The notes below the pieces were generated by a model that was not told where the DNA came from, ran no database searches, and saw only the letters and a program-made list of their open reading frames with translations. DNA of 58,906 bases, taken from assembly GCF_004010195.1 (NCBI RefSeq), contig NC_057720.1, forward strand, positions 22,651,499 through 22,710,404, written 5' to 3'. This document shows positions 37,281 to 51,002 of this stretch, one piece after another; position 1 is the stretch's first letter; every line of letters begins with the position of its first letter. Origin of the DNA: Chiloscyllium plagiosum. Taxonomy: Eukaryota. The translations under genes and the position numbers were made by a program.

Positions 37281-37373
37281 TTTATTCATTTTTGAATAAG
37301 GAATTATTTACATCAAACTGAAGACTATCACAAGCTCAGCTTAATTTCTGATACTGCAGAACCCCAACATGAG
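37281..37373. repeat. Right arm of long-range inverted repeat
   Basis: Reverse complement of 35791-35886. Confidence 0.95.
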
Positions 37374-37374
37374 T

Positions 37375-37497
37375 ACAGGGAAGGAGGTCTTGTTTCAGGA
37401 GACTGCAGGTGTCAGCAACGGCCTGTCATGAAAGCCTGAGCTTCCTGAGGTACTGGTGCAGACATATTAATTGTGGGGGAGGCCTTCCTTGTAATTA
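37375..37497 (-). pseudogene. Harbinger transposase N-terminal remnant
   Basis: HQYLRKLRLS*QAVADTCSLLKQDLLP is homologous to the 32370-32470 segment. Confidence 0.65.
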
Positions 37498-37813
37498 TCA
37501 CTGAACGGTTAGTCCTGAGACCCAGGTAATGATCTGGGCACTCAAGTTCGAATTCACCCAAGGCAGCTGGTGAATTCAATAAGAATCTGGAATTAAGTGT
37601 CTAACGATGACCGTGAATCCACCGTCAGGGAAAAACCAATGAGGTTCACTAAATCCTTTACGGAAGGAAGTCTGCGACCCTTACCTGGTCTGGCCTACAT
37701 GTGACTCCAGACCCACAGCAATGTGGTTGACTCTTAACTGCCCTCTGAGCAATTATGGATGGGCACTGAATGCTAAGTGATGCCCTCATTCTGTGAATGA
37801 ATATTAAAAAAAA
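37495..37813 (+). mobile_element. tRNA-derived SINE (second family)
   Basis: B box aagttcgaattc, body ggtctggcctacatgtgactccagacccacagcaatgtgg, LINE-like tail with A run. Other copies at 23670, 42700 and 43360. Confidence 0.8.
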
Positions 37814-38821
37814 GTCAAGGGAGCCAATCATCAGCCAATAGATACTATTCTGGGAATCTTGTCTCCTTGGAGCTGTGTTTCCATCCCTCTACCTAATGGA
37901 GGGACAGGTAGCTGAGGAGAAGGCAGCTGCTGCTGACTGTACAGCTGCAGTGACTGGCTCTGTTGTTGTTCATGTTGTTGCTGCTCTTATTTTCTCTTAG
38001 GAGAGAAGCGTAAAATGGAAGGGCAGCTGAGGGTGAGTGAAGTGCTGGATTGACTTGCAACAAGTAGGCTATCGGTTGTCATGCAACGCAAACATTCTCT
38101 GCAAAAAGGGTGCTGTGAGACTCTCACCTGGATACAGTTCTTCAATTTCAAATGGTTAAAAGCCTTAGTGAATCCAGCGTGAATATAAAAAAAAGGCATT
38201 CCTGCCTGTCCCTGGCAACTCACTGTCAGCTTGAGAAATAGTTCCACGAGCTGCTGAAGCCAGAATCCCTGGTTAAAACACAACTTAATGAGTGACTCAA
38301 ATATTTTAATTACTTTCCTGACAGCTGCACAGGAATGCCCTGCTCATCTCCAAACCAATCCGGGTCAAATCCCGAAGAGGGAAGGATGGTGTCAGGATAC
38401 TGATTAAATGACACTTTGAGAGAATTTAACTCTTCCCACACAACCAAACTCACCCTGCCTTACTCAGACAACTCCACCCATTCTAATCAGGGCTGGTTTC
38501 TCTTCTGGCACTGCCCATACTGCCTACACTATCGGTTCATCTCTTCTTCATTTCAACCGTGATACGAATTTGATTGGTGATGTAACAGCTGAATAGCCAT
38601 CCCTGCTGCAAACCCTCTACTGTTATCAGGACTGGGGACAAGCAAGAGTGCACACTGGCTTCCTACCACTTTTCACTCTATTCCCCATTATGACAGCATT
38701 GGCACTTCAATTCATTCACCTTAGCACATGAAAGAAGTTAAGGAAGTGAATGTTCCTTTATTAAAAAAAAGGGCGTCACTTGGAAATCTTGATGATATCC
38801 CAGTCAGTGAGAGATCAGTTA

Positions 38822-39135
38822 GGCCCGCACACTGGCTAGCACTGCTGCCACACAAAGAGAGGGATCTGGGTTCGATTCCAGCCCTGGGTGACTGTCTGTG
38901 TGGAGTTTGCACTTTCTCTGCATGGGTTTCCACCATTCTGGTTTGTGCCCATAATTCAAAGATGTGCAGGTTAGGTGGATTGGCCATGGTAAAATGCCTA
39001 TAGTGTCCAGGGATGTACAGGCTCAGTGGGTTAGCCACAGGAAATGCAGGATTATAGGAGTGGGTTGCTCTTCATAGTGTCAGCGTGGACTCAATGGGTT
39101 GAATGGCCTGTTTCCACACTATTGGGATTCTATGA
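38822..39135 (+). mobile_element. Old HE1-like V-SINE
   Basis: tagcactgctgcc, gggttcgattcc, V domain and ggcctgtttccacact tail. Confidence 0.85.
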
Positions 39136-39574
39136 AATACTTTGAAAGTAGTATGTCAGGTCAGAGATCTGACGAATTCTTTCTCCAAGGCGTTGGACAC
39201 AGAGATCCAGAGATCCCTAAGATCGAGGATTGGTTCTTTCGACATATCCAAGCATTAATGCCTCAGAAAAACTGGGTTTTCACAGCAGTCCTATGCAGTA
39301 TTCTGCAGTATCCTGTCCTTGCTCAGTAAGGCATGATGGCCAATTAACTCAAGTAGGGATCCACTTGAGGCTGGATGAAGGCATTGCTAAGGTTTTCCGA
39401 GTGTAAAACTAGCCCCACTCCCACCCCTTACACCACCATCAGGATGGGGACAACAGCTTAGAGATAAGCTCCCAGCTGCACAGCAGTGAAGGGATGGAAT
39501 CCAGGGAGAAAAACAATACTTTCAAGGGATCATCTCAACACAGTCAACTTCCCCTCCTCCACCTTGAATCTACG

Positions 39575-42445
39575 TCCCCTCCACACTGGGAAAAAGCCTC
39601 ATACTTTCCACTTTATCCATGCCTTGCACAATCTTATAAACTTTTATCTGGTCGCCTCTCAACCTTCTACGTTCCAGTGAAAACAAAGCCAGTCTACCCA
39701 AAACTTTTTCATAGCTAAAGTCCCCCCAACATCCTGGTAAACCTTTTCTGTACTCCCTCCAAAGCATCAAAATCCTTCTGGTAGTACAGTGACCAGAACT
39801 GTATGCAATATTCCAAGTGTGGCCTAACTAAAATTCTGTAAAGCTGCAGCATACCTTGTCTATCTTTATACTGAATACCCTTTCCAATGAAGGCAACTAT
39901 GCCATAGGCTTTTTTTACTAGGTTATCTACCTGCACTGCCACCTTCAGTGACCTGTAGTCCTGCACACCCATATCCCTCTGCATGTCAATACTCTGAAGG
40001 GCTCTGCCATTCACTGTATAATTTCCACTTTTACTTGACCTTCCAAAACATATCACCTCACATTTGTCCAGATTAAACTCCATTTGCCATTTTTCTGCCC
40101 ATGTCTCCAACTGATCTATATCCTCCAGTTTACTTGATAATCTTCCTCACTATAAGCATTTCCAACAAGCTTTGTGTCGCACAAAAGCTTACTAATTGGA
40201 CCAGCTATGTTTTCCTCCAAATCATTTACATAGATCAGGAACAGCAGAGGTCCCAGCACTAATCCCTGTGGAACACCACTAGTCACAGCCCCACATTCCA
40301 AAAAGCATCCTTCCAGTGCTACCCTCTGTCTCATATGACTAAGCCAGTTCTGTAGCTATCTTGCTAGCTCACCCCTGAAATCATGTGACTTCACCTTTTG
40401 TACCAGTCTGCCATGTATGACCTTGTCAGAGTCTTTACTGAAGTCCATGTAGACAACATCAACCACTTTTCCCTCATCGATCACCTTGGTCACCTGCTTA
40501 AAAAACAGTATCAAGTTAGTGAGGCATGACTACCTCCGCACAAAACTATGGTATCGCTAATCAGTCCTTGTCCCTGAGAATCTTATCCAGTAATTTCCCT
40601 ACGACCGATGTAAAACTCACAGGCTTCCATCTCTGGTTGGAAGATGGTTTCATCCCATAAACAGCCCTCCCTCACTTTCCATCCTCTCCCCCCGTCCCAA
40701 ACCATTGCAGGACACCTGAACACTCCCTCCACTGGAGGAGGGCTCTCTTCCCACAATCCCCTCCCAGGATAATTCCATCAGCCTCATTTTCCGCAACTGT
40801 GCAATCAATGGGACCAAAGAGTTTGAAGGACATTGAATCGCCAGAGATCCACAGTGTAGGAAAAGATTCTTCGGCCCATCGATTACCCCTCCAATCAGAA
40901 ACAACCACCTCCCCATTCCAATCCCACATTCCAGCCCTTGTCCTATAGCCCTGGCATCACAAGTGCACATCAAAATATTTCCTAAATCTTATGAGGGTTT
41001 CTGCCTCCACCAGGCATATTTACCAGAAACCCCTCTTTTTTTAATGTCCTCCATATCGGAAGGTCCTGGACAGTGTTGCTGATCAAAGAGACCTTGGAGT
41101 GCAGGTTCACGGTTTCTTGAAAGTTGAGTCACAGGTAGATAGGATAGTGAAGAAAGTGTTTGGTATGCTTTCCCTTATTGGTCAGAGCATTGCGTGTAGG
41201 AATTGGGAGGTCATGTTGTGGCTGTACAGGACATTGGTTCGGCCACTTTTGGAATATTGTGAGCAATTCTGATCTCTCTACAATTGGAAGGATATGGTGA
41301 AACTTGAAAGGATTCAGAAAAGACTTACAAGGATGTTACCAGAGTTGGAGGGTTTGAACTGTAGGGAGAGGTTGAATAGTCTGGGGCTGTTTTCCCTGGA
41401 GCGTTGGGGCCACCTCACAGAGGTTTATAAAATCAAGAGGGGGCATGGATAAAGTAAATAGACAATGTATTTTCCCTGGGGTGGGAGAGTCCAGAACTAG
41501 AGGGCATAGGTTTAGGGATAAGAGGGGAAAGATATAAAAGGGACCTATGGGGCAATTTTTTCACACAGAGGGTTTAGTGTGCATGGAATGAGCTGCCAAA
41601 GGAAGTGGTGGAGTCTGATATAATTACAGTAGTTAAAAGGCATCTGGATGGGTATATGAATATGAAAGGTTTGGAGGGATATGGGGCAAGTGCTAGCAAA
41701 TGGGACTAGATTAGGTTGGGATATCTGTTCAGCACGGATGAGTTGGACCAAAGGGTCTGTTTCCGTGCTATATATCTGTATGACTGTATGACTCTAATTT
41801 CTGGATTATCCCTGTTATTCTTTTCAAACAGTGGGACAACATTGGCTATTCTCTAATTGTCTTGGACCTTATCGGAGGCCAAATAGGATACAAAGATGTC
41901 TGTCAACACTTCAGCAATTTGTTCCTTTGCCTCCCTCAATATTCTGAGATGGTTAAGCCCCCGGGTGTTGATGGGATCTATGTTAACACTTTTCTAAGAT
42001 GCACAGCACCTCTTTCTTTCTAATGGCAACGTGGCTTAGAAATTCAACATTCCCTTCCCTGAGATCATCCTCCTCCAATTCCTTCTCTTTGGTAAATACT
42101 GATAGAAAGTATTCATTTAGGACCTCACCCATTTTGGCTCCTTACATAGATTCCCTCCCTTGTGTCTGAGTAGGCCAACCCTTTCCCTGGCTGCCCTCTT
42201 GCTTTTTATATATGTATAAAAAGCCTTGGGATTCTCCTTAATCCTGTTTGCTGATGATTTTTCATGACCCCTTTTGGCCCTTCTAATTCTTTCCTTAAGT
42301 TCTTTCATACTTTCCTTATATGCTTCAACAGCTTTGTCAGTTCCCATTCTCCGATACCTTAAATATGCTTCCTTCTACGTTTTGACCAAGATCATAACTT
42401 CCCTGGTTATCCAAGGTGCAAGTAACTGGCCATACCTATCCTTCA
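39575..42445 (-). mobile_element. CR1 LINE ORF2, split by insertions at about 40626-41792
   Basis: [23 protein letters not shown] and LVRPHLEYCIQFWS motifs. Sequence resumes at 41793 with ENPKAFYTYIKSKR. Confidence 0.88.
41058..41793 (+). mobile_element. CR1 (HER1-like) 3' portion nested in opposite-strand CR1
   Basis: Collinear with 28460-29487, ending in a (TATGACT)n-like tail. Confidence 0.92.
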
Positions 42446-42949
42446 GTCCAGCCTTGCAGAGAGCTTTGTTTTGAGGAAGCTCTTTGTAACCTACAGCCTC
42501 TCCCGATGGGGCTGCCAGTTCAACATCATCACAAGACTCACACTTGCACCATTCTTCATTAGAATGGGCTTTCAACCGGTGGATTCTAAACAGAATTCTC
42601 CAGGGATACAGTGAGCCATATCCTACAAGAGCCACTTCCAATCTCGAATTGAATATGACATCAGATCACTCACCAACCGGGAAAATCAAGCTTGGAGAAT
42701 TCAAATCACAATTTGCTGGTTGGAAATGTAATCTTGGCTTTTAAAAAAAGCTGGAGATTTTTTAAAAAATCTAGTAACTGTAAAATTTATTGTATTAATG
42801 TGGAAAGGGAACCTTCCCTTGTCTGGCTGATACATGAATCCAGTCCCACCCCTTTGTAATCAACTCTTAACTGCTCCTTTGAACGGGCTTACCAAACCAT
42901 TCCATTTTATCAAACTGGTGATCATCCTCATTTCACTAGTGACTGTGAT

Positions 42950-43232
42950 TCAAGGTCAGTTAGAATGGAGGTGAGGGGAAGTTCTTTCAGGAAGGGAGTG
43001 GCGAGCCTATGGAATTCTCTGCCACAGAAAACAGTCAAGGCAAAAACATTGAATACTGTATTTTTGAAAGAAGTTAGATATAGTTCTTAGGGCTAAAAGG
43101 ATCAGAGGGTCTGAGGAGAAGATGAGACAAGGTACTGAGCTGAATGATCAGCCACCGTTATATTGAATGGTGGAGCAGGCTTGAAAGGCCAGTTGCTTAT
43201 TCCTCCTCCTGTTTTCTATGTTTCAATGTTTG
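42950..43232 (+). mobile_element. CR1 3' end
   Basis: LWNSLP-coding ctatggaattctctgcca and cctcctcctgttttctatgtt tail. Followed by a short Rex-type tail at about 43235-43340. Confidence 0.78.
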
Positions 43233-43359
43233 ACTTTATTGATTACTGTCACATGTATTGAGACATAGTGAAAAGTATTGTCTAACTTCCTTTGCAGGAA
43301 GATCACATGATAGAAGTGCATTAGGGTAACGGAACAGAGTCCAAATTTCTAAGGATGTT

Positions 43360-43770
43360 AAAATTTGAATTAAATTGAAGAAAAATCTGGAATGAAATAA
43401 CCAGGCCACTGCAAATTGTGAACCCATCTGATTCACTAATGTCCTTTCGGGAAGGAAATCTGATGTCCTGACCTGACCTAGTCCACATATGACTCCAAAC
43501 CCACAGCCTTGTAGCGTCGGAGGCTGAGGGGTGACCTTATAGAGGTTTACAAAATTATGAGGGGCTTGGATAGGGTAAATAGACAAGGTATTTTCGTGCT
43601 GGCAGGTGGGACTAGATTGGGTTGGGATATCTGGTCGGCATGGACAGATTGGACTGAAGGCTCTGTTTCCATGCTGTACATCTCTATGACTCAATTACCT
43701 CTAACTGCTTGATCGGCATTGAATGCTGGCCTAGCCAAAGCTTCCCTCATCCCAAGAGTGAATAAAAGGA
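43360..43770 (+). mobile_element. tRNA-SINE (second family) split by an internally deleted HER1 3' fragment (43508-43692)
   Basis: SINE body ends at gactccaaacccacagc, a CR1 fragment follows, and the SINE tail resumes. Confidence 0.75.
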
Positions 43771-46579
43771 ACTTTAGCAGGAAACTGGTAGGATCCAATC
43801 AGATGCCTGCTTTGTACCTTGCCTACTTTGAGTTTTGATTGTCGTCTGTATAAAGTAATTTGGATGGAGTACAAATGGGCAACTGATCAGATGGTACTGG
43901 TTCCCCACCGGGCAGCTAGGTTAAAAATTCTCTCGAACATAACAGAAAATGTAATTTATTTTTTTGCAGGAGATGAATTTCAAAACATTTCCAGGCCTGA
44001 ATTTTGACTACAGCCTGTGGATATCCTAATCTAAATGACAGATAACATATGGCTGATTTGCGAAAGTAATTGATTAACATATATGAACCAGAGCCAAGAG
44101 TTCGGGGTGCTAGAAAAACAAGGATTTTGAAATTACTCCATGGGATACCAATTCATAAATATTTAACACAGTATTCTGGAATTATTCTGACATATTGTTG
44201 AAACAAAGTCTGAACTGTAACAATAATGTAACAAAAGATAAGATTATATGTCTTATTTTAGCTCAATATTTCATTAATTAGAAGATAAATAATAATTATT
44301 GTGCATATGCCTGCCTTTTAAAAACAAAAGTTGTTTTGTTTCTTTCTATCAATAAAATTCAACAAAATTCCAGACAAGGTGTGTTCTTTCTGACAGCAGG
44401 TACAAAACATAATGTGTATTTAAATTATGCAACTTGTCATACATCTCTCCTGTCACCATCGTGCCCTGCCATCATTCTCATTACTGTGTCATGGTGCAGA
44501 CATTTGCCTCTAAGTCAATAGATTGTAGTGTGAAAAGCCATTCCATAGCCTTGAACAGGGGCAAAAAAACCTAGGTTGATGCTGCAATGGAGTACTGACA
44601 GAATGCTGCAAGATCAGAATTCCTGTCCCTTAATAAAGCAAGACCTCAAGAGCAGACACAGAATGCTGCTTCAAAGAACAGCATTGTTGCTGTTTCAAAG
44701 GATAGCAATGGGTTATCCTCGGTTTCCTAACCAATATTCATTACCCAACATCACAAAACCTGATTATCTAGTTATGATTATATTGCTATAGTCCCAAATT
44801 GACTATACTTCAAAAATATGTAATTAATTGAATGTAAAGTGTTTTGCAACATCCTGTGGATGTTGAAAAGTACAATATAAATGAAAGTTTTTTCTTTCAC
44901 TGTATGATGTTATTAATTAACTTTCAGTCCTGGATTTTTGCAGAGGACGTCAATGTGGACAAACATTTTGCCCTTAAAGCATAGACAGAAATAATGTACA
45001 TGCCTATACAGTTAGAGTGCAAGGCTACACCGCGACAACAAATCATGAGCAGAAAAGGGCAACTTGTCATTTTTCTTTTAAAAAGGTTAACAGAAAATAG
45101 AAGGCACGCATCAGGGGGCCTTGACATCATAACACTCTGGGTAAGAAGATTAATACAATGAGTAAGATTATTTCAAAGCTCAAACAGGGATTTGAAATAA
45201 CCACCAGGCATCTAACAGCATAGAAATTTCATTTTATCGTAGCTAATTGTTTCAATTTCTCCAATGACATGAAAAAGGTGACTTCAGCTTTTAGGGCAAC
45301 AGTGAAAATGCAACTACTTTATTTGCTTATGGCCTCTTGCTGGCATCCTAAAGAGTATTATCTTGTGGGGAAAAAAGATTGAAATCGGAATAAGTAATGA
45401 AAAAAAATTTGTTAATTTTCCTGCATAATGAAATTTCATCCACCTTTTTGCCAAATTATTCAGTGCACCTTAATGCAGAAACATATTTTTAGGTAAAGGT
45501 AGGTACAGGAGTTAAAATATATTGAAATTTTAAAAGTGTAAATTATTGTGGCATTGTTGTCATCTGTCAGAGAATAGTAATTTAAAGTTCTTTTAAAACT
45601 GAACAGTTATTAAAAAATGGTAATTTGGTATGCAAGTAAAATCTCCAAGTGCCTTTAATGTCTCTTAACTATAATGGCTCATAAATAATATTAAAATTGA
45701 TACAAATGCTGACCACAGAAAGGAATATAGCAGAGTACAACTTGTACTGTAGATTTTATAGTACAATTTAACAGTTAAGTATTTCTGAGGAAGTATTTTG
45801 TTGAAATGAAATGGTTTGATGAGATCTGGTCAGGCTGATATATTAACACAAACTCCTCTTGAAACACTGTTCATACTGAAGTATAAAGACAAAGAGTCAT
45901 TATATTCCAAGTGATTGCTCAGCACAGCGATATTGTTAAGCCTGCGATTATTCCCTCAAAAATTAGTAAATGGTGAAAAATAAAATTTCCATATCTGATT
46001 TATGACTCAGCCTTCTCAAAGTCTGCAAACCAGTTTTCCCTCTTAATACATTTAGTTGTCAACAGTTAATCAAAAGGCAAAATTATGGATGGTACAGTTG
46101 TGAAGGCCACTAAAGTTGACTCGAACTTTTAGTTTAAAAGTGAGCAGATGACGTGATATCCATTTTAAAAGTCCAGGCAGAATTTTCCAGCATTCACAAT
46201 CTCTTCTCAATGTAAAAGCAATTTGTTGTACATGGTTCAACATTGCATCACAGTTTTATAAAAGCTCATTGATTTTAGCCAAAAGGGAAGCATATATTTT
46301 ATTGCATAACTGCATGGGATATGCAATCCATGAATTAATTAAAGTGTCATAAACAATACAAAAATAATAGTCATGGAACATTTTACACGTATGTCTATAA
46401 ATCAAATAAGAAATTTCTGCTCCCAGCTTTCACACATCAACATTGTTTTGAAGTACAGGTAATTAACTATTTAAACATTTTGCCCTATAACTAAGTATTA
46501 ACAAAACTTCAAAATACCTTCAAGAATATTCAGTTGTGTGGCAGATAGTTTTATTGAGGGAGAATTACAATCCTTCAGC

Positions 46580-47135
46580 AATAGCAATTTATATTTAGAT
46601 AGTACCTTTGATGTAATAAAATGTCCCACTTTCCTTCACAAGCTCAATATAAAACACTGAATCAGAAGAAGAGATAATAGATCAATTGATCAAACGTTTG
46701 GTTAAAGAGGTAGCATTTGAAGGGTAACTAAAGAATAGGGTGATGTAGAATGGTAGAGAAGTGTAGAAAGCATAGTCGGGAGCCTAAAAATTAAGCAACA
46801 CTGAATAGTGGGACGATTGAAATTGGGGATCCTGAAGAGTCCAGAGTTAGAGAAGTCCAACCATCTCAGAAAGGTTAGAGGGCTGGAACAAATAGAAAAA
46901 ATAAAGGAAGGGTGACATCTTGATGGAATTCGAAAACAAGGAGGGTAAGTTTGGAATCAAGGAATTGTCTGACCAGGAGGCAATTATGTTAGTCAGCATA
47001 TTGACCAGGATTTGGTGCAAGTTGAGTCATGAGCAATGAACTTCTGGATGACTTCAAGTTTATTGAGGCTAAAATATGGTAAATGGGCACAGGGCATTGG
47101 CAAAGTCAAATCTAGAGCTAACCAAAGCTTGGAAG
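46580..47135 (-). mobile_element. Old L2-like LINE 3' end
   Basis: gcaatttatatttagatagtacctttgatgtaataaaatgtccc reversed L2-type tail followed by a purine-rich body. Confidence 0.6.
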
Positions 47136-50100
47136 AGTCCAAGAATAAAGTGGCAATCTAAAACATTCCCTCCAAATTGGCGCGAATGTCAAGTACAGTA
47201 ACTCTCACCTCATCTCTGGAGTTCAGCTTCTTTCTCTGAGGCTATAACAAAGTCAAGAGCTGAGTGACCCCAGTGGAACTGAAGCTGAACAGCTTCCTTC
47301 TAAACAAGTGCCACAACCATTATCAAGGACAGCTTCAATCACTTTGTCAGTTTCAATGCCTGCACAGAAATCTATTGCTGTAGTAATGGGCTCTAATCAC
47401 TTTTCCTGAGAAGGACAATTACCACAGCCCTGGCTATTTGCATTTCGTATTGAGTCAGTATCAAGCCATTAGCATTTCTATAAGAGGTGTTGGCTGGACC
47501 CAGACACTTTGGTAGGCAGAGTGTTCATTACTCATGTGTATTCTCTCCCACACCCGCCTTAAACTAATCAACTGGGTTGTGTGTGCATTGTGTTGGCATT
47601 CTGGTGGCCCGAGGCAGTGTCTGTATCTGGTCTGCTGTTTCTCTCCATATTATGATCCGGTGGCCATCTTGTGTGTCACGTTGGTCAACTGATAGCTCAG
47701 TGGCCATCTTGTGTGTCCATGTGCCTAGTGTCACCCTGCCCCGTGCTATCTCCCTCTTCAATACCAAGTGGAGTAGAAGTCATCTGAAGACTGGAATCCG
47801 TGATTCTGTGGTGGGTGACGAAATCCACTGGCAACTCTGATTGATCGATAGCACCTGGATAGCAGGACACTATTCCTCAGAAGTCACTACTGAATAATTC
47901 ACTTAACAATCAACATAATGTTAAAATCGAGTCATGGTTTCCAGGGATGGTGCAAATGGACTCACCCTAACACTCTGGTAGGTGGATACTGTTAGAGTAC
48001 CCATATGAAATTCCTGCCATTGTCTGTGACACTGGGTCCAGAGGATAATAGCTTTGATCAGAGGAGTGGTGAAGAACACAAATTTGGAGGGTAGGTACGA
48101 CACTGGTTCTTTTCCTGTGGGACTGAATTACTCAGTTGAAATCACAAAATGCATCATTTAATTATTCCTTTCTGTTTCAGAGGCTAAATTTTACAAATGG
48201 TAAATTAAAACAGCTTATAAATGTGCTCCAATTTGAAATGCAATGGAGAATGCCTATACTTCCCCAGAGATACACCATCAACTGGTAGAATGAGAAACAG
48301 CACAGACAAGAATAATTGAAAGGAATGTGTACAAATTCAGCTGCAGTGCTTCCAGCACTGACTAGAATGACCCTATTACTGTTAAGATTGGGTTGGAGTT
48401 CTTCATTTGCTATTTGGTTATTTTTATAGAAAAGTGATGTGATCCCCACTCCCCCACCCCTGCAGCCTCAGTAATAGATTATTTGCTGCCATCTGCAGAA
48501 AGACAGTTCAAAATTTAAAGAAAAGTTATTAATTCCCAAAGAGCAAAGTGATCCCTTTGGGATCAATTACCTTTGTGCCTTTTGTCCTGAGCAGGACTGG
48601 GGCTCCACTGAGGTTAACTCGGGAGAGCTGCGCAGACGTCCAGGGGTTCTCTATACATGGCCTTACAGTACATTCCCAAATTGCTGCTGGAATTTGGTGG
48701 GAAGCCAATGCACCCGTGTCATCTCCCTTTCCTGATCAGGAATCCTATAAACTGGCGGTTGCGAGGAACAACCACTTCTGGTTAAAACTGATTTCCCCTC
48801 ACCATTGCACCGCTGGCAAGACGTACCCACTAATGAATGCGATTCTTTCTTTCATGCAGGCAAAATATATAACAAACTGGTGGTTACAGAATTCGAAAAA
48901 GTCGTGCTTTCTCAAAATGTACTGTTAAACTGAGCTCAAATTTAATAGGAAGGATGTTCAGATTGTCTATTTTATGTTTGTGAAACGATCAACACACTGT
49001 GTCCAATGTTGAGCCTTTCCTGCAACAACCATCACATTGACATTTGGGTTTTAAATAAGTTTCGATAAATTGTTAACAAAAATGTACATCCAGTAATTTT
49101 AAAATGCACAGCAAGATTAAAAATAAGTCTACAATACACTTCAAGATTAATATGTGTTAAAACAGTAGCTGCATTCAATATTTCTGAATAGAGTAAAATA
49201 TTGGCATGAAAAATGAAAAATAATAAATCTAAGTTAATGCAGCAAAGGTCTTTAATATGATAAACATAGATCCACTGTTGATTGCAATGGCTGTTAAATT
49301 TAGGGTAACTAATTATTGATTTTTTTTGCTGCTTGGTATACATTGCTTTTTTCAGTACTCCTATATGAAATTGTAAGCCACTTAATTATAACAGGCTTCT
49401 ATATCAAGCTTCGGTTTTGCAAAAGTAAGCAAAAGCTAAATATTTGCAATTTGGAGACATGTTACGGCTACTAACTGAATTAATGTATCCTGAGAGATTT
49501 CATCACATGATTTTACCCCACAAACCAGACATGAGTCAACCAACACATCCATCCTTGCAGCTGTAAGCCATCCAATACTGATCAGAAAGTGAAAAGGTTA
49601 ATTACCCAATTGGATGATGCTTAACCAACAGATAAACAACATTGTTTTAATTTTTGTGAATATTTCAAAATATTGAAAATGAGAATAAATACATTTTTTC
49701 ATGTTCCTATGATTTTTTTTTTCTCCAGGATAGCACACAACAGAGTCCTGGAAACTGATCTCCAATTCCTGAGGACTCCAGGCCAATTAAGCTGGGTTGG
49801 TCATCCTAAGGTTTGCTAATTTCTAAGTAACCAAAATGTTCTTCCGGATCTTTCATTCATTCTCACACAAGAATAAAAGTCATACACCTCCTAATCCTTC
49901 TTTCCTATAGACTTCAAAACTTACGCAAGACCTTCCTTCTTTCAATCTTTTCTGCTTGGAATTAATACCATAAAAATTAAAAAAGAAGTGGTTTATGTCA
50001 TCTTACTACTGCAATCTGATTTACTCCATTTCCTATTCTTGTGGTATTCGACAATGCTTATGGATTAAACTCGAACAACGCATAGTTTATGAATAAATGT

Positions 50101-51002
50101 TCCTGACTGCATTCTATAGCCACTATGGTAACATTTCATGTTGACACTTGCAGCGGTTAATTGAGACTACCCTCTATTCAGAATGGATTTTGAAATGTTA
50201 CAACTGCCATTTTGCTATGAAAGTTTCTGCATGGAAGTAAGCGGTTCCAAGCTTCTTCATACATTCTTAAAAATAAAATAATTGCTACAGAATATGCAAA
50301 AGGTATGCCAATGTTTTTGAAGAGAAACTTGTCTGAGGAAGTCTCAACCCAGCAGGGGTTCATGAAGGAAATTATCCATCATGTGCTGAAAAAAAACCTG
50401 GATATCCTAAGCAGCAAGTTGCAGCTTACCCTATATAGTAAAAATCTGTACAGCCATACAGAGTCATCCTGATAAAGTATAGCTCCCACAGAGCAAACTA
50501 CAATATTCTAGATTTGGAACATTATCCTCAACTACAATACTGTACTTGTGACACATCCAGTGTAGGAAAGGCCAATCTCTACAGTTGTACCTGTCCAGAA
50601 ATATTGGCATTAGCAGATAGTAACGTAAACTAGTGTCATCATCCTTCTATCTATGGTAAACAAAAATAAATCTTCTTGAGCAAAAGAGGGAGGAGCCACA
50701 TTCATGGTACTAAGGAAATCAGCTGGGGTAAATTTGGTAGAGGGGAGGGGCAGGAATAGAGGCAGTAAAAAGCAGAGATACTCAGAGGCTCAGAAGAGAC
50801 AACATAATGCTGGGAAAGAGAAATCAAAGTCAATTCATAAGAAGAAGCATCAACTGGAGTGATTGCGGAGTGGTCTATTGCCCAGGGGTTGATGGCCTGC
50901 CATGTTTGAAGGGGGGATGTGGCTTTACTGACAGAAGCTGGCACAGGCACCTGCGCTTTGGATATCCAATCCTGCTGTGCGGCTTATCATTTGTTTATGC
51001 AT

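Noticed and set aside
47930..48130. SVTDNGRNF peptide on minus suggesting hAT transposase or integrase
   Set aside because: A single short motif with no supporting flanking similarity.
48548..48928. 126-aa plus-strand ORF
   Set aside because: GTG start, no recognisable domain or splice structure, and likely a chance ORF in a GC-richer patch.
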